A stretch of 64,000 nucleotides of DNA, from positions 1,184,001-1,248,000 of the forward strand of contig CAVSIV010000006.1 in NCBI GenBank assembly GCA_963728205.1, given 5' to 3'. Shown here one piece after another: positions 37,930 to 50,647 of the stretch. Under the pieces are notes generated by a model. It had not been told where the DNA came from and did not search any database. It saw only the letters and a list, made by a program, of their open reading frames with translations. Numbering within the stretch: position 1 is the first letter of the stretch; each line of letters opens with the position of its first letter. A program made the position numbers and the translations under genes. Origin of the DNA: an uncultured Chloroflexia bacterium. GTDB taxonomy: Bacteria > Chloroflexota > Dehalococcoidia > UBA2979.

Positions 37930-40257
37930 ATGAGCCAGCGACCACCGGCCGGTCGCCCCGACGCCGCGCGTGCGCGTGAGCGCCGCCTCGGCGCGTTCCT
38001 CTTCGGTGGATTCCTCACGATCACGTTCGCCGTCGCACTGTTCCCGTGGTTCCCGGGCGGCGTCCGTCTCGAACGCGGCTCGATCGCGGATCGCGCCATC
38101 GTCGCCCCGCGGGACATCACCTACGATTCCACCGTGCTCACCGACCAGGAGCGGCACGCGCGCGCCGATGCCGTGCAGCAGGTCTTCGTGCTCGATACCG
38201 ACGTCCGCGACAAGCAGCTCGCACAGCTCAACCAGGTCCTGGCGTCGATCGACCGGGTGCGCGGCGATTCCACCCTCTCCGAATCGGCGAAGGAAACGGC
38301 GGTGCGCAACGTGACCGGCGTGTCGCTGTCGGCGCGCTCCGCGGCGACCCTGGTGCAGAGCAGCGCCGAGCAATTCAAGGCGCTCGGCGACGAGGCGAGG
38401 AACGCGCTCGGCCGCACGCTGACGCAGAGCATCGGCGCGAGCGACGTCTCCGCCGCGCAGACGAAGGCGTCCACCTTCTTCTCGCCGCTCCTCTCCGCCG
38501 GCCAGGTGATCGCGCTGCAGGAGCTCATCGATCCGCTGATCGTGCCAACGCTCGTCGTCGACCAGGAGCGCACGAAGGCGCTGCGCGACGAGGCGATGGC
38601 GAACACACCCCCGGTCCAGGTCAGCTACACGCGCGGACAGGTCGTCGTTGCCGCTCGGACGCAGCTCACCGCGGCCGACATCGAGGCGCTCGACCGGCTC
38701 GACCTGCGTCACGCGGGGATCGATACGCGGAGCGTCCTCGCCGTCCTGCTCTTCGCCGCGATGCTCGGGTGTGCGGCCAGCGGCTACGTGGCGGTGGCCC
38801 GCCCCCGCGCGCTGCAGGGTGCGCGCCGGCAGCTGCTCTTCGGCCTGCTGCTGCTCGTGCCGGCCGCCGTCGCGAAGTTCGTCCTGCCGCTGGCGCTGCC
38901 CGACCTCGACCGACACTTCCTCGCCTACGCGCTGCCACTCGCCGCGGCGCCGATGGCGGCGACGGTGCTGCTCGACGTGCCGATCGCGGTGCTGCTCGCG
39001 ACGCTGCTCGCCGCGGTGGTGGTGTTCGTGTCGATCCTGCTGCCCGGCGTCGACCCGGGCGGCGCGACCGCGCAGCTCGAGACGGCGCGGCTGGCGCTCA
39101 CCGTGCTCGCAAGCTCGTTCGCCGGGATCTACGTCACGGCGCGCGCCGACCGGCTGCAGCGCTTCCTCGTCGCCGGCGCGGCCGCGGCCGTGGCGTCCGG
39201 CGGTGCGCTCACAGTGATCTGGCTGCTCGACGCCGACCGCCGCGTCGTCGACTTCGTCTGGATCGCCGGCGTCTCCGCGGGCGGCGGCATCCTCGCCGCG
39301 TTGATCGCGGTCGGCGCGTTCGTCCTGCTCAGCCGCCCATTCGGGATCATCACGCGCGTAGAGCTGATGGAGCTCGCTCAGCTCACCCACCACCTGTTGC
39401 GCCGGCTGCAGGACGAGGCGCCGGGGACCTTCCAGCACTCCATCCTCGTCGGCAACATGGCCGAGCGCGCCGCCGACCGCATCGGCGCCGACCCGTTGCT
39501 CGTGCGCGTCGGCGCGTACTACCACGACATCGGGAAGCTCGTCGCGCCGGCGTTCTTCGTGGAGAACATCCCAGCCGGGGAGACGTCGCCGCACGAGGGG
39601 CTCGACCCGCTCCAGAGCACCCGCGTGATCCACCAGCACGTCTCCGGCGGCGTCGAGCTCGGGCGCAAGGAAGGGCTCCCCGAGGCCGTCGTCCGGTTCA
39701 TCCCGGAACACCACGGGACGCGGTTGATGACGTTCTTCTACCGCAAGGCCGCGCAGCTCGATCCACAGATCGACGAGGAGCTCTTCCGCTACCCGGGCCC
39801 GAAGCCGCGCACGCGCGAGACGGCGCTGGTGATGATCGCCGACGGCTGCGAGGCCACGGTGCGCGCGGCCGCCGACCGCTCCCCGGCGAACGTGCGCGCC
39901 ATCATCGACGAGACGATCAAGGAGCGCATCGACGAAGGGCAGTTCGACGACTGTGACATCTCGCTGCGCGACCTGCGCATCGTCGCCGAAGCCTACACGT
40001 CGACGTTGAGCGCCGTCTATCACCCGCGCGTCGAGTACCCGGAGCCGACGCAGCGCGAACGCGAGCGCCGCGCCGCCGGCCTGACCGCGCGCCGTGAGGA
40101 GCCGGCGCCCGAGGCGCCGGCCGCAACCGGCACCGAGGGGCGCTCCGCCGCGCCGCGCCGCGCCGCGCCGGAGGACGTCGAGCCGCCGCAGCGGGCGCGT
40201 CCGTCGTCCTCGGCGGCGAGCCGTCGCGAGCGGGAGCTCAGCGAGGACGACACCTAG
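37930..40257 (+). CDS. 7TM-HD phosphohydrolase (PgpH/YqfF-like, probable cyclic dinucleotide phosphodiesterase)
   Basis: Extracellular domain, multi-TM region, APGTFQHS, AYYHDIGK, FFVEN, EHHGT, FRYPGPKP, MIAD. Confidence 0.9.
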   Translation: MSQRPPAGRPDAARARERRLGAFLFGGFLTITFAVALFPWFPGGVRLERGSIADRAIVAPRDITYDSTVLTDQERHARADAVQQVFVLDTDVRDKQLAQLNQVLASIDRVRGDSTLSESAKETAVRNVTGVSLSARSAATLVQSSAEQFKALGDEARNALGRTLTQSIGASDVSAAQTKASTFFSPLLSAGQVIALQELIDPLIVPTLVVDQERTKALRDEAMANTPPVQVSYTRGQVVVAARTQLTAADIEALDRLDLRHAGIDTRSVLAVLLFAAMLGCAASGYVAVARPRALQGARRQLLFGLLLLVPAAVAKFVLPLALPDLDRHFLAYALPLAAAPMAATVLLDVPIAVLLATLLAAVVVFVSILLPGVDPGGATAQLETARLALTVLASSFAGIYVTARADRLQRFLVAGAAAAVASGGALTVIWLLDADRRVVDFVWIAGVSAGGGILAALIAVGAFVLLSRPFGIITRVELMELAQLTHHLLRRLQDEAPGTFQHSILVGNMAERAADRIGADPLLVRVGAYYHDIGKLVAPAFFVENIPAGETSPHEGLDPLQSTRVIHQHVSGGVELGRKEGLPEAVVRFIPEHHGTRLMTFFYRKAAQLDPQIDEELFRYPGPKPRTRETALVMIADGCEATVRAAADRSPANVRAIIDETIKERIDEGQFDDCDISLRDLRIVAEAYTSTLSAVYHPRVEYPEPTQRERERRAAGLTARREEPAPEAPAATGTEGRSAAPRRAAPEDVEPPQRARPSSSAASRRERELSEDDT

Positions 40258-40355
40258 CGCGGTCGGGAGCCGCGCGTCGAGGCTAGCCCGGCGCGTCCGT
40301 ATACTCGGCGTGGAGCATCTCCCCGCCGCCGGCATCCGCAGCACGAGGAGTCCAC

Positions 40356-41051
40356 ATGCGCGCCGCCATCGTCGTGTTCCCCGGCACCTGGAGCGACGGC
40401 GACTGCGCCTGGGCGCTCGAGCGCCTTGGCGTGGAGACGCGACGCGTCTGGCACCGCGAGACCGAGCTGCACCGCGACGAGCTCGTCGTCCTCCCCGGCG
40501 GATTCTCCTACGGGGACTACCTGCGCTGCGGCGCGATCTCGCGGTTCTCGCCGGTGATGGGTGCGGTCCAGGCGCATGCCGCCGCCGGCGGTCTCGTCAT
40601 CGGGATCTGCAACGGCTTCCAGGTGCTGTGCGAGGCAGGCATGCTGCCCGGCGTGCTGATGCGAAACGACTCGCTGCAGTTCCGCTGCCAGGACACGTAC
40701 CTGGTCGCCGCCAACCACTCATCGCCATTCACGCGCGGCATCGCCCCCGGCCGCGCGCTCGAGATCCCGATCTCCCACGGCGAAGGGCGCTACTTTGCCG
40801 ACGCGGCAACGCTCGACCGGCTGGAGGACACCGACCGCGTCGCGTTCCGTTACGCCGACGCAGCCGGCCGCGTCACGCCGGAGGCGAACCCCAACGGCTC
40901 CGAGCGCAACATCGCCGGGATCCTCAACGAGCGCGGCAACGTGCTCGGGATGATGCCGCACCCCGAGCGCGCGTGTGAGCCGCTGCTCGGCAACGACGAC
41001 GGCAACGCGATCTGGCAGTCGATTCTCGATGCCGTCGCGGCCCCCGCCTGA
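40356..41051 (+). CDS. purQ: FGAM synthase glutaminase subunit
   Basis: FPG, PGGFSYGDYLR, GICNGFQ, HGEGRY, NPNGS, MMPHPER. Confidence 0.96.
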   Translation: MRAAIVVFPGTWSDGDCAWALERLGVETRRVWHRETELHRDELVVLPGGFSYGDYLRCGAISRFSPVMGAVQAHAAAGGLVIGICNGFQVLCEAGMLPGVLMRNDSLQFRCQDTYLVAANHSSPFTRGIAPGRALEIPISHGEGRYFADAATLDRLEDTDRVAFRYADAAGRVTPEANPNGSERNIAGILNERGNVLGMMPHPERACEPLLGNDDGNAIWQSILDAVAAPA

Positions 41052-41208
41052 ACCGTCCCGGACGCGCCGGGACGGATGCCTCTGCCTCAAGCCCTCGGAT
41101 CCGTCATGCTGGTGACGACCGTTCGCCACGCCGCGCGCTTGGCGCATCTGGCAGCACGTTCGTGTTCGTCATAGTGTGAACGCGCGGCGGGCGGTCAGGA
41201 GGCACGTC

Positions 41209-41799
41209 GTGACCGCATCCGCTCCCATCCAGCCCGCATACCCGGTGGTCTTCAACGTCGAGTACCCGGAGGACCCGGGCCGCTTCTCGATCCTGATCCG
41301 CTGGCTGCTCGCGATCCCGCAGTCGATTGTCGCCAGCATCCTCACGCGGCTCGCTCAGGTGCTGACGTTCTTCGCATTCTTCGTCATCCTCTTCACGAAG
41401 CGCTTCCCAGAGGGGATGTTCCGGCTCATCGTCGGCGCCTACCGCTGGCAGTACAACGTGACCGTCTACGCGCTGTTTCAGCCCCACCCGTACCCGCCGT
41501 TCTCGATGGACGCCGGCGCGTACCCGCACTTCCAGTACGACGTCATCCGGCGCGAGGAGTACAACCGCTGGCTCCCGCTCGTGAAGTGGCTGCTCGCGAT
41601 CCCGCACTACATCGTGCTGGCGTTCCTGGCATTCGTCGGCGTCTTCGTCGGATTCATCGCGGTGATCCTCGTGGTGCTCACCGGCAGGTTTCCGCGGTGG
41701 GCGTTCGACTACCTTGTCGGGCTCGGCCGCTGGTCGGCGCGAGTGACCGCATACGTGATGCTGCAGGTCGACGCGTACCCGCCGTTCTCGATGTGGTAG
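41209..41799 (+). CDS. DUF4389 membrane protein
   Basis: Two repeats of WLLAIP...YPPFS. Confidence 0.88.
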   Translation: MTASAPIQPAYPVVFNVEYPEDPGRFSILIRWLLAIPQSIVASILTRLAQVLTFFAFFVILFTKRFPEGMFRLIVGAYRWQYNVTVYALFQPHPYPPFSMDAGAYPHFQYDVIRREEYNRWLPLVKWLLAIPHYIVLAFLAFVGVFVGFIAVILVVLTGRFPRWAFDYLVGLGRWSARVTAYVMLQVDAYPPFSMW

Positions 41800-41905
41800 C
41801 CGCGCGACCGGGGCGGCGCGGACGCGGCGGCGGCGCGACTCCCGCCTGACGGCGGGCGCTGGTACGCTGGCCGCTCTCCCCGCACCGCCCCGAGGAGCGC
41901 CCCCG

Positions 41906-44155
<2,250 letters not shown>

Positions 44156-44307
44156 CCGTCACGCGCGGCCGGCTCGCGGTGATCGCCCCCGCCGAGCGCG
44201 GGCTCGACCTCGCCCGCGCGGCGCGAGAGCATAGAGCACCACCCGAGCGGAGACGAGGAGCCCATGCGCACCGATCCGCGGATCCCACGGCCGGCGGTCC
44301 GCCGCCC

Positions 44308-45156
44308 GTGAACGTGCTGACAATCGTCATCGGCCTCGATCCCGTCGCGTTCCGGCTCGGGCCGATCGCCGTGCACTGGTACGGCCTCGGCTACGTGCTC
44401 GCGATCGCCGTCGCCGCCTGGGTCTCGCTGCGCATCGCACCGTACTTTGGTGCCGACACCGAGGAGCTGTGGAACGTCTTCCCGTGGGCGATCGTGACGG
44501 GCCTCATCGGCGGGCGTCTCTACTTCGTCGTCCAGAACGACCAGTCGTATTACCTGCACCACCCGCAGCACATCCTTGCGGCGTGGGAGGGAGGCATGGC
44601 GTTCTTCGGCGCGATCATCGCGGTGATCCTGACGATGATCGTGTTCGCTCGGGTGCGGGGGCTGTCGATGTGGCCGTTCCTCGATGTCGCCGCGATCTTC
44701 GCGGCGGTCGGGCAGCCGTTCGGGCGGCTGGGGAACATCGTGAACGGCGACATCGTGGGCTACCCGACGCACCTGCCGTGGGGCACCGCGTACACGAACC
44801 CGCACGCGCTGGCGCCGGCGTTGAACGTCCCGTACCAGCCGGCGGCCGTCTACGAGATCCTGTGCAACCTCGCGCTGATTGCGGTGCTGTGGTTCGTCCT
44901 GCGACGCTGGCGGCCCGCCGGTGCGGCGACGGCGCTGTACATCACCGGCTACGCGGTGACGCAATTCCTCGTGTTCTTCTGGCGCGCGAACAGCGTGACG
45001 GCGCTCGGGCTGAAGCAGGCGCAGCTCACGGCGCTCGTCGCGCTCGCGGCCGGGCTGGCGTTGCTGTGGTGGCGGTGGCGCGCCGCGGGTCGCGACGACG
45101 CGGCCGCCGGCGGTTCCGCTACGCCGGCGGGGCGGCCGGCGCGTCGAGGCACTTGA
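44308..45156 (+). CDS. lgt: Prolipoprotein diacylglyceryl transferase (copy 2)
   Basis: DPVAFRLGPIAVHWYG, IGGRLYF, WEGGMAFFGA, GRLGNIVNGD, LPWG. Start uncertain. Confidence 0.88.
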   Translation: MNVLTIVIGLDPVAFRLGPIAVHWYGLGYVLAIAVAAWVSLRIAPYFGADTEELWNVFPWAIVTGLIGGRLYFVVQNDQSYYLHHPQHILAAWEGGMAFFGAIIAVILTMIVFARVRGLSMWPFLDVAAIFAAVGQPFGRLGNIVNGDIVGYPTHLPWGTAYTNPHALAPALNVPYQPAAVYEILCNLALIAVLWFVLRRWRPAGAATALYITGYAVTQFLVFFWRANSVTALGLKQAQLTALVALAAGLALLWWRWRAAGRDDAAAGGSATPAGRPARRGT

Positions 45157-45604
45157 GCATGATCAGCGCGGGCTGTTCGGGGCCCCAGAACGCCGTCGTC
45201 TCTTCGAGCGGGGCGAAGCCCAGCGCGGTGTAGAAGGCGCGGGTCCGCCGGTAGCCCTCGTCCGGATCCGACGGGCCGAGCGTCTTCACCTGCACGAACC
45301 GCACGCCGTCCGCGCCCAGCCACGCCTCCACTGCCTCGAGCAGCCGCCGGCCGATGCCCTGTCGGTGTCGGTTGGGCAGCACGCCGAGCACGAGCAACTC
45401 CGCGCTCTCCGGGAAGTGCCGCCGGACGGTCATGAAGCCGACCGGCTCGCCGCCGTCGCGTGCGACGAATGTCGGCAGTGCTTCGATGTCGCGCACGTAC
45501 TGCCGGTTCGACTCCTCGAAGCCGAACCAGTGGGGGAGCGCGGCGAGAATGCCGGCACCAATCAGCCCCTGGCCCGCGAGCGGGCCGTCGATCGCGATGC
45601 TCAT
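45119..45604 (-). CDS. GNAT family N-acetyltransferase
   Basis: LPHWFG, HRQGIGRRLL, VKTLG, FYTALGF. Confidence 0.88.
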   Translation of the reverse strand: MSIAIDGPLAGQGLIGAGILAALPHWFGFEESNRQYVRDIEALPTFVARDGGEPVGFMTVRRHFPESAELLVLGVLPNRHRQGIGRRLLEAVEAWLGADGVRFVQVKTLGPSDPDEGYRRTRAFYTALGFAPLEETTAFWGPEQPALIMLKCLDAPAAPPA

Positions 45605-45640
45605 CGCGCGGCTCCTCTCTCGCGCAACGATACGACGCGC

Positions 45641-46129
45641 CTAGCGCACGACCAGCGTGACCCGGTACGCGCTCGCAGGAATCCCCCGGCCGGAGATTGG
45701 CTGCGGCGCGACGTCCTGGGCGGTCAGCGTGTACGGGCCGAACGCGGCGGTCGCGTCGCCCTCGCCGAAGCGCGCGGTGAGCGCGGAGGCGGTGCCCCCC
45801 GGGCTCGTCGCGGTGAAGTGGAGCGTGACATCGCCGGCGCGCACGCAGCTTGCGTTCGCCGGGCAGCGGGAGTCGGCCGTCGCCTCGACGAAGGCGAGAC
45901 GCCAGCCATCGACGCCGACGCCAACCGACTGGCCCGGCGCGAGCGTGAACGGCCTGCCCGGCGCGACGGCCATCGGCGCCGATGTCCCGCCGGTCGTGCC
46001 GGTCGCGGTGGGAGCCGGCGTGGCGTTGGCCGTGCCGCACGCGGCGGCGAGCGCGACGACGACGGCGAGCGCGGCAAGGGTGCCGACCGCGCGAGCCAGG
46101 TGGGAGGGAGCGTGGCGCATCGGGCGCAT
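45641..46129 (-). CDS. Hypothetical lipoprotein
   Basis: Signal peptide ending LAAAC; DSRCP..xC..AG motif. Confidence 0.7.
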   Translation of the reverse strand: MRPMRHAPSHLARAVGTLAALAVVVALAAACGTANATPAPTATGTTGGTSAPMAVAPGRPFTLAPGQSVGVGVDGWRLAFVEATADSRCPANASCVRAGDVTLHFTATSPGGTASALTARFGEGDATAAFGPYTLTAQDVAPQPISGRGIPASAYRVTLVVR

Positions 46130-46213
46130 CGGGGATCCTTTCGCTGCTTGCTGAGAGTCGGACGCCCGGCGCGGCGATTGCGTTCCCGGCCGGCGGGGCG
46201 GCGAGCCCTGGTA

Positions 46214-46252
46214 GAACATGTGTTTGACACGAGCGAACGCCTGTTCTACCAT
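46214..46252 (+). promoter_or_regulatory. Sigma70 promoter overlapped by two LexA-type (GAAC-N4-GTTY) boxes
   Basis: TTGACA (46224)-N17-TACCAT (46247); GAAC-ATGT-GTTT (46214-46225) and GAAC-GCCT-GTTC (46235-46246). Confidence 0.7.
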
Positions 46253-46492
46253 GGCCGCGCTCTTCCGTCGCCGTGTGGCGCGAGTTCCCGGGGGACGTGA
46301 TTGCGTCAGCGCAGGGCAGGTGGATACCCTTGGAGTTCATTCCACCCGGTTGTCCACGTCGTCCGAGTGCGATCCGGCACGAATGCCGACCGCTTTCGGA
46401 CAACCCTGTGAGTAACTCGCACTCCCGTCGTCCGGGTCGGCCGCATAGTGACGGCAGTCCCGGCTCCGACACGCCGAGAGGGTCAGTCCGAA

Positions 46493-47131
46493 GTGAAGGT
46501 CGTGTTCCTGGAGACCGTTGAGGGATCGGGTGACATGGGCGAGGTGAAAACCGTCGCTCGTGGGTACGCCCGGAATTACCTGTTGCCGCGCGGCCTGGCC
46601 GCACCGGCAACCCCTGCCCTCCTCCGACGAGCCGAAAGGCTTCGCGAGGTGGAGGAGCAGCGGCAGCGGGATCAGGACGAGCGCGCTCAAGAGCTGCTCG
46701 GCAGGCTTGAGGGCAAGGCTCTGATCATGGCCGTTCGCGTCGGCGAGCAGGGGCGTCTGTACGGTTCTGTCACCAATGCGGACATCGCCGAGAAGGCTGG
46801 GGAGATTCTCGGCGAAGAACTGGACAGGCGCGTCATCCTGCTGCCCGAGGCGATTCGGAGCGTGGGGGTCTACACCGTTCCCATCCGGCTGTCACGTCAT
46901 GTGATACCGGAGGTCACGGTGGTCGTGGTGGACGTCGAGGCGCCGGAAGGCGTCGAGGCGGCTGCCGAGGCGCTGCTCAATCCGCCGGCTCCGCCGGAGG
47001 TGCGCGCAGCGTCGACCACTGGAGCGGAAGCCTCCATCGCCGCCGACTCCGAGGAGGCATCCTCGGAGACCCCGACCGCCGAAGGCGAGTCGGAGCCGGG
47101 CACTTCCGAGGAAGGCGCACCTCAGACGTAG
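46493..47131 (+). CDS. rplI: 50S ribosomal protein bL9 with acidic C-terminal tail
   Basis: MKVVFLETV..GDMGEV..VARGYARNYLLP, GRLYGSVT. Confidence 0.95.
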   Translation: MKVVFLETVEGSGDMGEVKTVARGYARNYLLPRGLAAPATPALLRRAERLREVEEQRQRDQDERAQELLGRLEGKALIMAVRVGEQGRLYGSVTNADIAEKAGEILGEELDRRVILLPEAIRSVGVYTVPIRLSRHVIPEVTVVVVDVEAPEGVEAAAEALLNPPAPPEVRAASTTGAEASIAADSEEASSETPTAEGESEPGTSEEGAPQT

Positions 47132-47155
47132 CGGCGACACGAAGGAGGAGCGGGG

Positions 47156-48592
47156 TTGGTCATCGAAGGTCGCCCCGCCCCGATTCGCACCGACGTCCGT
47201 CCCGCCGGGGGCCTCCCGCCGCACGACGTCGCCGCCGAAGAGGCCGTGATCGCGGCTCTCCTCCTCGACGAGGACTCCTACGCGCGCGTCCTGCCCATCG
47301 TCCAGCCCGACGATTTCTTTCGCGAGCAGAACGCCTGGATCTACGAGGCCTGCCTCGCCCTCGGCGAGCGCGGCGAGCGGATCACGCTGCCGACCGTCGC
47401 GCACGAGCTCGACCGCGAGGGCCGGCTCGACCCTGCCGGCGGCGAGCCCTACCTCGTCGAGGTCTCCGGCAAGTACTTCACCGCCGTCGGCGTCGAGGCC
47501 CACGCGCGCATCGTCGCGCGCGATGCCCTCTACCGCCGCCTGATCGGCGCCGCGCAGCAAATCGCACAGCTCGCCTACGCGGGCGGGCCCGACGTGCGTC
47601 GCGTGCTCAGCCATGCCGAGACGCTGCTGCTCGGCATCCGCACCGCGGAGGCCGCCGGCGACTTCAAGCGGCTGCGCGAGCTGCTCGATGAGTTCCTCGA
47701 GCAGGCGGAGGAAGAGGAAGAGGGCGCGCTCGCCGAGTCGGTGCGGACCGGCTTCATGGACGTCGACGCGCTGCTCGGCGGCTTCAAGCGCGGGGACCTC
47801 GTGATCCTCGCCGCGCGCACCGGCGTCGGGAAGACGAGCCTGATGCTGAACTTCGCGCGCAACGCTGCGGTCGGTCAGCATGCGACCGTTGCGCTGTTCT
47901 CCCTGGAGATGGGCGGCGAGCAGTTGGCGACGCGCCTGCTCTCGGCCGAGGCCGACGTCGAGATGGCGCGCCTGCGGCTCGGCCGCCACAACGAGCAGGA
48001 GGAGCACCGCGTGATGCACGCTCACGGCGTGCTCGGCGGCACGAACATCTTCATCGACGACTCGGCCGTGCTGACGGTGCCGGAGATCCGCGCGAAGTGC
48101 CGGCGCCTGCAGACCGAGCACGGGCTCGACCTCGTGATCATCGATTACCTCCAGCTGCTGCACGGGGCCGGCCGCGCCGACACCCGCACGAACGAGATCT
48201 CGCAGATCTCGCGCGCGCTCAAGGAGCTGGCACGCGAACTGCGCGTCCCCGTGATCGCCGCGGCGCAGCTGTCGCGCGCGGTCGAGACGCGCCATCCGCA
48301 CATCCCGATGCTGTCCGACCTCCGCGAGTCGGGCTCGATCGAGCAGGACGCCGACATCGTCATGTTCATCTACCGCGAGGACGTCTACGTCACGCCGGAC
48401 GAGTGGCAGCAGCAGCATCCCGACGCACCGGGTGCGCAGAACCCGTCGGGGCTCGCGCAGATCATCGTGGCGAAGCACCGCAACGGCCCCACCGGCACGA
48501 TCACCGTGCGCTTCCGCGACCGCACCGCGTCGTTCCAGGACCTGCTGCTGCGCCCCGATCCCGCGTTCGACGACGAGTGGGACGGCGTCTAG
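47156..48592 (+). CDS. dnaB: Replicative DNA helicase
   Basis: PPHDVAAEEAV, AARTGVGKT, FSLEM, IDYLQL, QLSR, DLRESGSIEQDAD, AKHRNGPTG. Confidence 0.96.
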   Translation: MVIEGRPAPIRTDVRPAGGLPPHDVAAEEAVIAALLLDEDSYARVLPIVQPDDFFREQNAWIYEACLALGERGERITLPTVAHELDREGRLDPAGGEPYLVEVSGKYFTAVGVEAHARIVARDALYRRLIGAAQQIAQLAYAGGPDVRRVLSHAETLLLGIRTAEAAGDFKRLRELLDEFLEQAEEEEEGALAESVRTGFMDVDALLGGFKRGDLVILAARTGVGKTSLMLNFARNAAVGQHATVALFSLEMGGEQLATRLLSAEADVEMARLRLGRHNEQEEHRVMHAHGVLGGTNIFIDDSAVLTVPEIRAKCRRLQTEHGLDLVIIDYLQLLHGAGRADTRTNEISQISRALKELARELRVPVIAAAQLSRAVETRHPHIPMLSDLRESGSIEQDADIVMFIYREDVYVTPDEWQQQHPDAPGAQNPSGLAQIIVAKHRNGPTGTITVRFRDRTASFQDLLLRPDPAFDDEWDGV

Positions 48593-49353
48593 GTGACGCA
48601 GTCGGGCGGCGCGCCCGGCCCGGCGGGCCCGATCGGGGACGAGGCGTTCGCCGGCTTTCGCACGGGCGGGCTCTCGGTCGCGCTGCCGGCGGAGTTCTTT
48701 GTCGACGTGCTGCCGACGATCGAGGACGAGGCGGAGCTGCGCGTCACGCTGTACGCGCTCTACGCCATCGGGCGCGTGCGGGGCGAGCCGCGCGCGGTGC
48801 GCGCGAGCCGGCTCGCCGCGGAGGCGCCGCTCGCGCGCGCGCTCGCCGCGTGCGGCGGCGCCGATGCCATCCCGGCCGCGCTGCGCGCGGCCGCGCGGCG
48901 CGGCGTGCTGCTGGAGTGCGCGCTCGAGGACGGGGACGCCTGCTACTTCGTGCACAACGACGGCGGCCGCCGGCAGCGCGACCGCGTGCTCGCCGGCGCG
49001 CTCGCGCCGCCGGGCGGCGGCCGCGCCCGGCCGCCCGCGGAGCCTGCGCCGCCGCCGGGCCGGCCCGCGCTCACCTACGAAGCCGAGGAATCGGCCTGCT
49101 CACGCCGTCGATCACGACGGCCCTCCGTGAGGCGGAGGCGCGCTACCCCGCGACCTGGATCGTGGACGCCATCCACGAGGCCGTCGCGCACAACGCGCGC
49201 TCCTGGCGATACGCGGAGGCGATCCTCGAACGCTGGGAAGCGGAGGGGCGAGACGATGAAGCCGCTGGTGGACCTGCTGGGACCGCGCCGGGACGCGCAC
49301 GGCGCCCCGATCCCTACGGACGCGTCGTCCGACGCAGCTTCGACCCCGAGTGA
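48593..49353 (+). CDS. DnaD-domain replication protein, frameshift near 49088
   Basis: N-terminal part FFVDVLP..ELRVTLY; after the shift IGLLTP...WIVDAIHEAV...WRYAEAILERW (DnaD domain), stop at 49353. Confidence 0.8.
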
Positions 49354-50636
49354 GGGGGCCGCGCACCGCCGCGCCGGCGTCTGCCCGCTCTGCGACGGCG
49401 CGCGCTTCGTGCGCGTCACCGACGACCCCGAGCACCCGTCGTTCGGCCGCCCCGTCCCCTGCGAGTGCGCGCAGCGCGAGGACGTCGACGCGCGCCGCCG
49501 CCGGCTGCTCGCGTACTCGCGACTCGGCGCGCTCCAGCGCCTGACATTCGCGACGCTCGTGCGCGCCGGCCGCTCCTCCGAGCCCGCCGCGCAGCGCCGG
49601 TACGGTGCCGCCGTCGACGCCGCCGAGCGGTTCGCCGACGCGCCCGAGGGCTGGCTGGTGCTCACGGGCACGCACGGCGCCGGCAAGACGCACCTCGCCG
49701 CCGCGATCGCGAACCGCCGCATCGAGCGCGGCCACCCCACGCTCTTCCTCTCCGTCGCGGATCTGCTCGACCACCTGCGCGCGGCCTATCGCGACGATGC
49801 CGAGGTCGACTTCGACGACCTGCTCGACCAGGTGCGCACCACGCCGCTGCTCGTGCTCGACGACCTCGACGCGTACGCCGAGACCCCGTGGGCGCGCGAG
49901 AAGTTCTTCCAGGTCGTCTCGCACCGCTTCAACGCGGCGCTGCCCACCGTCTTCACGTGCGTGCGCCCGCCGACCCGAGATCGACCCGCGCCTGGGCACG
50001 CGCCTCACCGATCCGGCGCTCGCGCAGGTGCTCGAGCTCGACCAGGACGTCGGCCCGCGCTACTTCGCGGTCGGCGCGATGACGCGCGAGCGGCTCGAGC
50101 AGTTCACGTTCGAGCAGTTCCGGCCGGGCGGGCAGGGTCTGCGCGGGGAGTCGCGGCGCAACCTCGAGGGCGCGTTCCGGCTCGCCCGCCAGTGGGCGGC
50201 GGAGCCGGACGGCTGGCTCGTCTTCCTCGGCAAGAACGGCTGCGGCAAGACCCACCTCGCCGCCGCGATCGCCGGCTACCGGCATGCGCAGGGCGACGGC
50301 GTGGGCTTCGCGAACGTTCCGGACCTGCTCGACGAACTGCGCGCGAGCTATGCGCCCGACGCGAGCCAGCGTTTCGACACGCTCTTCAAGCGGCTGACGG
50401 ACGTTGCGGTGCTCGTGCTCGACGACCTCGGCGCACATCAGTCGAGCCCCTGGGCGGAGGAAAAGCTCTACCAGGTGCTGAACCACCGCCATCTCGCTCG
50501 GATGCACACCGTCGTCACGACAAATCGCGAGCTCAAGCAGATGGAGCCGCGCATCGCGTCGCGCCTCGCGGACCTCAAGACGTCGACCGTCTATGGGATC
50601 ACGGCGCCCGACTTCCGTACTGGCGGTATGCCGTAG
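49256..50636 (+). CDS. DnaC/IstB-like helicase loader with N-terminal Cys motifs and two AAA+ domains, frameshift near 49974
   Basis: CPLC..CEC; GTHGAGKT/LVLDDL and GKNGCGKT/LVLDDLG; an extra C in ACCCGAGATC separates the halves. Confidence 0.85.
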
Positions 50637-50647
50637 CATCGAGGCTC

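Noticed and set aside
46260-46490. Replication origin (oriC)
   Set aside because: DnaA-like boxes are degenerate and few, there is no AT-rich unwinding element and no dnaA/dnaN nearby; kept only as a regulatory hypothesis.
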